From contig JBAVTE010000009.1 of assembly GCA_049695975.1 (NCBI GenBank), forward strand, positions 4,459-68,458: DNA of 64,000 bases, written 5' to 3'. The notes below the pieces were generated by a model. That model made no database searches. It saw only the letters and a list, made by a program, of their open reading frames with translations, and was not told the origin of the DNA. The translations under genes and the position numbers were made by a program. Shown here one piece after another: positions 56,896-64,000 of the stretch (its first letter is position 1; every line of letters starts with the position of its first letter). The stretch comes from Minisyncoccia bacterium (GTDB lineage Bacteria; Patescibacteriota; Minisyncoccia; Phycocordibacterales; GWA1-40-21).

Positions 56896-58100
56896 TAGAG
56901 ATACATACGCCCAAAGTTGAAAAGCAAAGATATCCATATTTAGATGCCATGCGAGGAATTGCTATTTTGCTCGTGATTATGTATCACACAACTATTTTTA
57001 TGATTCACAGTACCCCGAATATTCTCTACAGAATATCTGGAGAAGGGGCACGCGGGGTTCAAATCTTTTATATTGTGAGTGCACTTACTTTATGCATGAG
57101 TCTTTCTGCCAGTTTTTTCACTGGAAAAAGACTGGAACAAATCAAGTTTTGGATCAGAAGATTTTTTAGAATTGCACCTGCCTTCTATTTTGTAATAATA
57201 ATTTCCACCGTAATAGGAGTACTGTTCCCTCTTTGGAAAAGCATGCTTTATTTGGATATCAACTCAATTAGTGTTATTTCTGCAATTACTTTCACAAATA
57301 ATTTTTTACCTGAATATATTAACAGTGTCATCCCTGGCCAATGGTCAGTCGCTATTGAAATGTTTTTCTATCTTACAGTACCACTATTTTTCTTAAGAAT
57401 AAAAAGTCTTTCCTCAGCAAAAAAATACTTCTTTTTATTTTTTGGTTTTGCATGTTTAATTGAATTACTTCTTCCTATGTTTCTCCCAGCAATTGCTAGT
57501 GAAAATACCAAAATTTTCCTTTTCTATACTATCCCTATCCAACTTCCAACTTTTTTACTTGGTTTTATTGCTTTTTTTATGCTACGGGAAAATGAACATA
57601 AACCATTTTGGATGCTAAAAGAATTTACTTCACTCTTATTAATAGTATCTGCCAGCGAAATAATTTTTCTTGCTCTTAGATATTTTATTTTTCATAACAT
57701 TGATATATCATTAATTACTCCAAGAGTATATATTGAATCAGTATTGTTTCTAGGGCTAGTATTACTTCTTGCAAAAGGATATGTTTCTTTTTTGCAAAAT
57801 AAAGTATTTCAATACATTGGAAAAATCAGTTACAGTATTTATTTAGTTCAGTTTATAGCCTTTTTTATTATCACAAAAAATAGCATATATCCAATAGTTG
57901 CTTCCTACTTTCATAATGGTGTGGAAGAATATATTTTTCTTTCTGTTGCAACCATACTTCTTTGTGTTGGGATATCTTCTCTTACATTCAAATACATTGA
58001 AACCCCTGGTCAAAAATTAGGAAATTATATTTACAAAAAAGTAGCAGAAAGATACAATCGCCCATCCTCACAAAGCGATAATATTACCAAAACACCATAA
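56892..58100 (+). CDS. membrane acyltransferase family 3 (O-acetyltransferase, OatA/WecH-like)
   Basis: LDAMRGIAILLVIMYHT N-terminal motif; 10-11 TM helices. Confidence 0.75.
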   Translation: MIEIHTPKVEKQRYPYLDAMRGIAILLVIMYHTTIFMIHSTPNILYRISGEGARGVQIFYIVSALTLCMSLSASFFTGKRLEQIKFWIRRFFRIAPAFYFVIIISTVIGVLFPLWKSMLYLDINSISVISAITFTNNFLPEYINSVIPGQWSVAIEMFFYLTVPLFFLRIKSLSSAKKYFFLFFGFACLIELLLPMFLPAIASENTKIFLFYTIPIQLPTFLLGFIAFFMLRENEHKPFWMLKEFTSLLLIVSASEIIFLALRYFIFHNIDISLITPRVYIESVLFLGLVLLLAKGYVSFLQNKVFQYIGKISYSIYLVQFIAFFIITKNSIYPIVASYFHNGVEEYIFLSVATILLCVGISSLTFKYIETPGQKLGNYIYKKVAERYNRPSSQSDNITKTP

Positions 58101-59048
58101 ATGATTACAATATTTACAGAAAATTCAATAGAGGAACCTGTGATTTCTTTTATTAAAAGATATTTAAGAGCATTAAAAAAAATTGCACTTGGAAAAAGTT
58201 TCTCATTAAAATATGGTGGACATTATGCTGTTACCCGAAGTTTACTTGTAGGTTTAGATAAATTACAAGTAAACTATAATTACAACCCCACAAAAATAGA
58301 CGACCTTAATAAAATAGTCCTAGTTCTCAGCAATATCCGAGCTTTAAAGACAGCAATCAAGCTAAAACAAAATGGCAAAATAAAGAAACTTTTTGCAGGA
58401 CCAAATATCATAAACGATCCAGCTGATGAAAAAGAATTATTAAGTTCAAAAGAGATAGATAAGTTCATTGTGAATAGTGACTGGACAAAGGAACTCTACG
58501 GGATTGCTGTTCCAGAATTAATAAACAAATTATCAATCTGGCCAGCTGGAGTAGATGAAGAATACTGGTCACCTAAACCAGAGCAAAAGAACAAGAAAGC
58601 ACTTGTCTATTGGAAAAATGGAACGAGAGATTTCTATCAGTCAGTCGTGAATATTTTGACAGAAAATGGCTGGAAAATATCAACAATAAAGTATGGCAAA
58701 TATAAAGAAAAAGAATTTAATAAAAAATTATCAGATGTATCAATATCTATTTTTCTAAGTAATTGGGAAAGCCAAGGGCTGGCGTTAGCCGAATCGTGGG
58801 CTATGGATATACCTACCCTCGTCTTCAATCCAAAAACTATTTATGAAAAATATCAAGTCGAAACTTCATCAAGTCCATACCTCTCAAAGGATACTGGGTA
58901 TGATTGGAAAGATATAAATGAGTTGAATTATTTATTGAAAAATGAGAATCTTATGGATATACATCCTAGAAAATGGCTTCTAGAAAATATGACAGACAAA
59001 ATATGTGCGCAGAAATTACTTAACATAATATATGAAAAAACTAATTAA
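58101..59048 (+). CDS. GT-B glycosyltransferase (GT4-like)
   Basis: C-terminal EX7E-type motif region NWESQGLALAESWAMDIPTLVF. Confidence 0.5.
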   Translation: MITIFTENSIEEPVISFIKRYLRALKKIALGKSFSLKYGGHYAVTRSLLVGLDKLQVNYNYNPTKIDDLNKIVLVLSNIRALKTAIKLKQNGKIKKLFAGPNIINDPADEKELLSSKEIDKFIVNSDWTKELYGIAVPELINKLSIWPAGVDEEYWSPKPEQKNKKALVYWKNGTRDFYQSVVNILTENGWKISTIKYGKYKEKEFNKKLSDVSISIFLSNWESQGLALAESWAMDIPTLVFNPKTIYEKYQVETSSSPYLSKDTGYDWKDINELNYLLKNENLMDIHPRKWLLENMTDKICAQKLLNIIYEKTN

Positions 59049-59748
59049 AAAAATGATAGGGGTTATTCTGTCCCCTTTTGTGTTAAAAGATTTCCTTCAT
59101 TACAAAAAATTGGATAAAGAAAAGAGATTCAGAAACAATCTTTTTGATTTTTTCCCATGCGTCTTTGACAAAACTATTAAAACAAATTTTGATGCACACT
59201 ACATATATCATACATCTTGGGCCGCAAGAAAAGTAAAAGAAATCAATCCGAAAAAACACACTGATATATCTTCTAGTTTGTATTTTTCTGGAATTTTATC
59301 TGCATTTATACCAGTAGATTTTTATGATTATAGGCCAGCAGAACTTAACCTCTCCCAACTTAAAAGTGGTCATGTAGATCTCGTAAAGTTACCTTTTACA
59401 GACAATAGTATCTATTCTTTGTCATGTATGCACACCATAGAACATATTGGCCTCGGTAGGTATGGAGATCCCATAGATCCTGAAGGTGATCTAAAAGCTA
59501 TAAATGAAATAAAAAGAGTGTTAGCAAAAGAAGGTTCCCTTCTCTTCGTAGTACCAATTGGTAATCCTAAAATTGAATATAATGCACATAGAATATATTC
59601 GTATGATCAAGTATTGTCATATTTTCAAAAATTAAAATTAAAAGAATTTAGTTTGATTACTGATAGTGGAAAATTTATGTATAATAGTACAAAAGAAGAG
59701 GCTGATAAACAATCATATGGCTGTGGATGTTTTTGGTTTATTAAATAA
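59032..59748 (+). CDS. putative SAM-dependent methyltransferase (DUF268-like)
   Basis: VDLVKLPFTDNSIYSLSCMHTIEHIGLGRYGDPIDPEGD ... RVLAKEGSLLFVVPIG resembles the methyltransferase post-I/II region and the GLGRYGDP motif recalled for DUF268. Confidence 0.45.
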   Translation: MKKLIKKMIGVILSPFVLKDFLHYKKLDKEKRFRNNLFDFFPCVFDKTIKTNFDAHYIYHTSWAARKVKEINPKKHTDISSSLYFSGILSAFIPVDFYDYRPAELNLSQLKSGHVDLVKLPFTDNSIYSLSCMHTIEHIGLGRYGDPIDPEGDLKAINEIKRVLAKEGSLLFVVPIGNPKIEYNAHRIYSYDQVLSYFQKLKLKEFSLITDSGKFMYNSTKEEADKQSYGCGCFWFIK

Positions 59749-59759
59749 TAATTGATAAA

Positions 59760-60626
59760 ATGTTGATTGTAAAAATAAAAGCAGGACTAGGAAACCAGAT
59801 GTTTCAATATGCATTTGGTAGAGCGTTGTCTCTCGAACGTAAAGAACCTTTGTTCTTAGATACTTTCTACTACAAAAATCAGCCCGAGCGAGACGCGAAA
59901 AGAGAATATATCCTTGATAAATTTAATATAGAAGCCAATTATGCATCGGAAGAGATGTATAAAAAATATAATTCAAAATTAGAAGTTTTTTTCAGAAAAT
60001 TATACCGAAGAATAAAGAAAGTGGAAGAATATACTTATTATCCTTCTTTCATGAAATCAAAAGCCTCTTATTTTGAAGGATATTGGGCAAATCAAAAATA
60101 TTTTTTAAAGTATGAAAATATTATTCGTAAAGAATTATCCTTAAAAAATCCTTTCGGTGATTCCGCTAAAAAAATAGATATACAAATGTCTGATTGTCTA
60201 TCAAAGGGCGAGATCCCTGTATCAATCCATATCCGTAGAGGTGATTTTGTATCTAACCCACATTCCGCTGCGTATAATGGGTTACTCGGAATTCCCCACT
60301 ATGAAAAAGCTGTGGAACTTTTGATGTCTAAATATTTCAAAAACATATCTGTGTTTATTTTTTCCGACGATATCGCTTGGGTAAAAGAAAATTTAAAATT
60401 ACCTTGCCCAATGTATTTTGTATCAAATAGTGACATTAAAGATTATGAAGAAATAATTTTGATGAGTGAATGTAAACATCACGTCCTCGCAAATTCAACT
60501 TTTTCTTGGTGGGGTGCGTGGCTCAATCCCAATCATGATAAAATTGTTATAGTTCCCAAACAATGGATTGCCAAAAAAACCACAGAGGAAATTGATTTAA
60601 TACCAAAAGAATGGATAACAATATAA
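59760..60626 (+). CDS. alpha-(1,2)-fucosyltransferase, family GT11 (FutC-like)
   Basis: N-terminal KAGLGNQMFQYAFGRAL (GT11 motif I), VSIHIRRGDFV (motif II), HVLANSTFSWWGAWLN (motif IV). Confidence 0.85.
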   Translation: MLIVKIKAGLGNQMFQYAFGRALSLERKEPLFLDTFYYKNQPERDAKREYILDKFNIEANYASEEMYKKYNSKLEVFFRKLYRRIKKVEEYTYYPSFMKSKASYFEGYWANQKYFLKYENIIRKELSLKNPFGDSAKKIDIQMSDCLSKGEIPVSIHIRRGDFVSNPHSAAYNGLLGIPHYEKAVELLMSKYFKNISVFIFSDDIAWVKENLKLPCPMYFVSNSDIKDYEEIILMSECKHHVLANSTFSWWGAWLNPNHDKIVIVPKQWIAKKTTEEIDLIPKEWITI

Positions 60627-61384
60627 AAACAAAAGTAAGCATAGTTATAATAACAAGAAATAGAGCAATTTTTATTATTAAAGCTATTCAAAGTGTTTTA
60701 GATCAGACTTTATATAATTGGGAACTTTTGATTGGTGATGATGATTCTAAAGATGATACAGAAAAAATCGTCAGAGAATTTTCAAACAAAGACAACAGAA
60801 TAAAATATTTTAAAAACTCCCCTGCCTTGGGTATATCAAAAAACAGAAACAAAGCACTCTCTCTTGTTACTGGAAAATATATCTCAATTCTTGACAGTGA
60901 TGACTCATGGATAGACAAAGAAAAAATACAAACGCAGTTTAGTTTTCTAGAAAATAATCCTGATTATGTTTTAATTGGTTCTAATATAAAAGTTATAGAT
61001 GAAAAAAATAACTTTATAAGAAATACTGATTTTTCAACTGAAGATGCAGATATAAGAAAAAAAATACTTATTACAAATCAAATCCCCCATTCAAGTGTAA
61101 TGTATAGAAAAGATATTGCAGAAAAGGTAGGTAGATATAATGAAAATCTTTCTTGTGATGAAGACTTAGATTTATTTTTAAGATTAGGTCTCCTTGGTAA
61201 GATGAAAAATCTAACCGAAATTACTACTTCTTACACCAAACATTCGAAAGGATTTTCTCAACAGCAAAAGATATCTATGGCATGGAATCATTTCATTATA
61301 ATATTGCGAAATTTTGGAAAATACCCAAACTGGTTTATAGCTATTGTTTGGGCAAAATTTAGAATTTTAAAAAACTTATTTTAA
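60611..61384 (+). CDS. glycosyltransferase family 2
   Basis: VSIVIITRNRAIFIIKAIQSVLDQTLYNWELLIGDDDSKDDTEKIV and ILDSDDSW (DxD). Confidence 0.75.
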   Translation: MDNNIKTKVSIVIITRNRAIFIIKAIQSVLDQTLYNWELLIGDDDSKDDTEKIVREFSNKDNRIKYFKNSPALGISKNRNKALSLVTGKYISILDSDDSWIDKEKIQTQFSFLENNPDYVLIGSNIKVIDEKNNFIRNTDFSTEDADIRKKILITNQIPHSSVMYRKDIAEKVGRYNENLSCDEDLDLFLRLGLLGKMKNLTEITTSYTKHSKGFSQQQKISMAWNHFIIILRNFGKYPNWFIAIVWAKFRILKNLF

Positions 61385-62796
61385 TTTAATTTCTTTATTA
61401 TTTTTATAAATTGTTCACCTCTATCAAATTCATTTGCAAACATTCCAAATGAGGCAAAAGCTGGGCTAAATAAAATAATATCACCTTTCTTGGAAAGTTT
61501 AAAAGCGGTTAGAACGGCCGATTTTAGCGTGAAAACTTCGTGAAAATCTGCTACTTTTTCTCTCAAAATTTCTCTGACCTTATCACTTCCGGTACCCGGC
61601 AAAAGAACGACAGTTTTTGCGTATTTTGCTACAAACTCAGTTAGTCTGGTCATATCTATGTTTTTATCCGCTCCACCCATAATAAGCACTATTTTAGGGC
61701 TTTTAGGACTATTTTGATCTTCCGAAAGACCTTTCAAACCTGATAGAGTAGCGTCTGGGGTAGTAGCACAAGTATCGTTGTATATTTTCACTCCTTTTAC
61801 TTTCTTAACAAATTCCAAACGGCCTTCTATTCCGTAATAACTTTCTACTCCGAGTTTAATTATTTTTTCTGGAACTTTGATTTTCTTGCATAATTCAATA
61901 GCGACGGAAACATTACCAAGATTATGTTCCCCAGGGATCTTTATATCGTATTTTTTTGCATTACTATTTTTTGTAATTATTATTTTACTTTTTATTTTAT
62001 CTTTATATTTTTTTAAAATTATTCGAAATACATCTTCACCAAGCACGAGAAAATCATCTTTTTTCTGATGCAAAAAAATCTGTGCTTTGTCCTCAAGGTA
62101 TGCATCCAAATTTCCTTTATAATAGTTTAAGTGGTCAGGCATAAAAGTGGTAACCCCAGCGTATCTCGGACTAATACCGAGTTTTCCCATACTTTCGAGT
62201 TGCCAAGAATCAAGTTCCATCACTACTATATCTCCACGCTTTACTTCATCGAGCATCGCAAGTGTGGATACCCCTTTTATATTTCCGCCGAGAAAAACTT
62301 TCTGTCTTCTCTTAAGAACCAAGGACTCACCTTCCAAAGCTAAGGAGAGACCTTGGTTCTTAACTTCGATCCTCCTTAAGGCAAGACTTTGTTTTTTAAG
62401 AATATGAAAAATGAGATGAGTCGTGGTCGACTTTCCTCTTGTACCCGTAATTCCTAAAATGGTTCCCTGCGTAAGCTGTGCAAAAAGTGCAGTACCCTGT
62501 GTGACAAGTGATCCACTTTTCCTTGCAGTTTCAAGATAAATAGAATCTCTCGGAGCATTCGGCGCATGTAAAACAATATCTCTACCTTTAAAATCATTTA
62601 CTGAATGCCCGCCCAGATGATATGTAATATTTTTATATTTTTTTAATGCACCAACACTTATAGCAAGCTCTTTCTCAGTTTTCAAATCAGTAACAATAAT
62701 CTCCGCACCTTTTTGTGCAAGATAAACCACATCCCCAAGTGCCCTACCAAGAAGTCCTAACCCCATCACTGTAATCTTTTTATTTTTAAAATCCAT
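61381..62796 (-). CDS. murD: UDP-N-acetylmuramoylalanine--D-glutamate ligase
   Basis: N-terminal KKITVMGLGLLGRALGDV; ATP site GITGTRGKSTTTHLI; NDTCATTPDATLSGL (MurD NDSKATN region); C-terminal FSPAFASFGMFANEFDRGEQF. Confidence 0.85.
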   Translation of the reverse strand: MDFKNKKITVMGLGLLGRALGDVVYLAQKGAEIIVTDLKTEKELAISVGALKKYKNITYHLGGHSVNDFKGRDIVLHAPNAPRDSIYLETARKSGSLVTQGTALFAQLTQGTILGITGTRGKSTTTHLIFHILKKQSLALRRIEVKNQGLSLALEGESLVLKRRQKVFLGGNIKGVSTLAMLDEVKRGDIVVMELDSWQLESMGKLGISPRYAGVTTFMPDHLNYYKGNLDAYLEDKAQIFLHQKKDDFLVLGEDVFRIILKKYKDKIKSKIIITKNSNAKKYDIKIPGEHNLGNVSVAIELCKKIKVPEKIIKLGVESYYGIEGRLEFVKKVKGVKIYNDTCATTPDATLSGLKGLSEDQNSPKSPKIVLIMGGADKNIDMTRLTEFVAKYAKTVVLLPGTGSDKVREILREKVADFHEVFTLKSAVLTAFKLSKKGDIILFSPAFASFGMFANEFDRGEQFIKIIKKLN

Positions 62797-64000
62797 TTAT
62801 TCTTTAAGTTTTTCCACACGTAGCATATCACGCAATTCTTTTTCAGGAATTTCTTTTATTGGTGGTTTTTGTTCTAACTTTATCTCAGGTTTTTTATCTA
62901 TCTCACTTTTATTTTGATGAAGATTCGCATTGTTATTATCTGGAATTTTTGATCCAAGTACGGCCTCGATTGCAGATTTTAAATCAGAAATATTTTTAGG
63001 TTTATTTATTTCTAATTCTCCATGTTGTTTTCTTTCACTTTCAAAGGTAGATGGGCAGATTCCTGTCTTCCCAGGAATAAAAGATGGGTGTGAAGATGAC
63101 AAATCAGAATTTGTCACTTTTTTTACCATTTCCTTTAATGGCAAAAATCCTTCGCCATCTTCTTCTGTATCATCTATCAAAGGCGGTTTTTGAAAAACCG
63201 GTCTACTATGCTGAATCGGCAAAACAGGTTTTTCCTGAGCTTGTGGCTTTTGAAAAATCGGCTTCGCTTCATGATTTGGTAAAATAGGTTTTTGTTCAGT
63301 TTTTGGAACAAATTCTTTTTTGGGTAACACTTTTTCTAAAACTGGCAAACTCTTCGCTGAAACAGGATCTGGTTCCACCACTGAAATCGGTGAAACTTTC
63401 GAAGGCGGGAAAGATTTCGACTGTGCTACCAGCTTGTGATCAGAAGCAAACCATTTTTTTATTGAATCTTCTACCATAGCTCGTGGGTGTGCAAACTGTC
63501 TCCTGGATTCTTCTATGATTTCTCTTTTATATGATATCACTGGTTCTGGATATGGTGGAAGTGTCGCTCCAGAAAAAGGAGTGGAAGAAGCCCCGTCGAT
63601 CATCAGCTTCAAATAAATTTGGAATATACCGAGGTTTACCAAATCCTCGGCGGTAAACTGTGGAGCAAACTCTTTTTCAAGTACTTCTGCATCAAAGGCA
63701 CCGACTCGAAACGTAATCATTGTGCCGACGTTACCAAAGACAGCGGCGCGCACTTCCTCTGGCATCTGCTCGATATACTGGTGGGTAATAGTAAGATTGA
63801 GTTTGTATTTTCTTGCTTCCGAAAGAATATTTGCAAATGATTCATTTGCAAAAGATTGAAATTCATCGACATATAGATAAAAATTTGGAAGTTTTTTCAA
63901 CTCTTTCTCCTGAATATCTGCACGACTCATTGCAGCAAGATAAATTTTGGTTACAAGCATACTTCCGAGAAGCATTGCGTTTGATTCCCCCACTCTTCCT
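62797..64000 (-). CDS. C-terminal part of an FtsK/HerA/TraD-superfamily P-loop ATPase with long Pro/Lys-rich low-complexity tail; N-terminus outside window
   Basis: FYLYVDEFQSF (Walker B-like), ARKYKLNLTITHQ and NVGTMITFRVGAFDAEVL resemble the FtsK/T4CP RKYGxxLxxATQ and NIPTRIAFxV motifs; frame is open to the window edge. Confidence 0.45.
   Translation of the reverse strand, partial: GRVGESNAMLLGSMLVTKIYLAAMSRADIQEKELKKLPNFYLYVDEFQSFANESFANILSEARKYKLNLTITHQYIEQMPEEVRAAVFGNVGTMITFRVGAFDAEVLEKEFAPQFTAEDLVNLGIFQIYLKLMIDGASSTPFSGATLPPYPEPVISYKREIIEESRRQFAHPRAMVEDSIKKWFASDHKLVAQSKSFPPSKVSPISVVEPDPVSAKSLPVLEKVLPKKEFVPKTEQKPILPNHEAKPIFQKPQAQEKPVLPIQHSRPVFQKPPLIDDTEEDGEGFLPLKEMVKKVTNSDLSSSHPSFIPGKTGICPSTFESERKQHGELEINKPKNISDLKSAIEAVLGSKIPDNNNANLHQNKSEIDKKPEIKLEQKPPIKEIPEKELRDMLRVEKLKE

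Overview
The window reads as a low-GC (roughly 30-35% by eye), gene-dense bacterial chromosome segment using the standard genetic code, with short intergenic gaps. Most of it is housekeeping. Information-processing genes are rnr (5'-partial), rnc, a compact smc, rpmF, rnhB, dnaE, thrS behind a T-box leader, typA, hisS, uppP, an AddA-like helicase-nuclease, dnaG-rpoD, rpoB-rpoC, a Pif1-like helicase, and rpsP-KH-trmD without rimM. Also present are a phosphoketolase/acetate kinase pair, murD, and a tRNA-Asn beside a truncated IS200-like transposase. Shortened core proteins, lysine-rich tails on several of them and an RRM-type RNA-binding protein suggest a small-genome, possibly CPR/Patescibacteria-like organism; this is inference only.

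The accessory content sits at about 44.2-61.4 kb. It holds a Ser/Thr-rich membrane protein with three PKD-like repeats, a long structured intergenic region, a Wzy_C (O-antigen-ligase-like)+TPR membrane protein and a Wzx-type flippase. Next to these is a ~12 kb glycan-synthesis cluster. The cluster encodes an alpha-1,3-fucosyltransferase (GT10) and an alpha-1,2-fucosyltransferase (GT11), both Helicobacter-like, together with a galactosyltransferase-like GT, a GT-D (DUF1792) enzyme, an acyltransferase and a methyltransferase. I read this as a candidate fucosylated, Lewis-antigen-like surface-glycan or protein O-glycosylation system.

Other points worth a second look are a NusB-NUDIX fusion protein, a protein built from about 20 heptapeptide repeats (G-D/N-V-S/T-N-I-x), two paralogous FG-GAP/PKD surface proteins, and a tRNA 3' end duplicated as an inverted repeat next to the transposase remnant.
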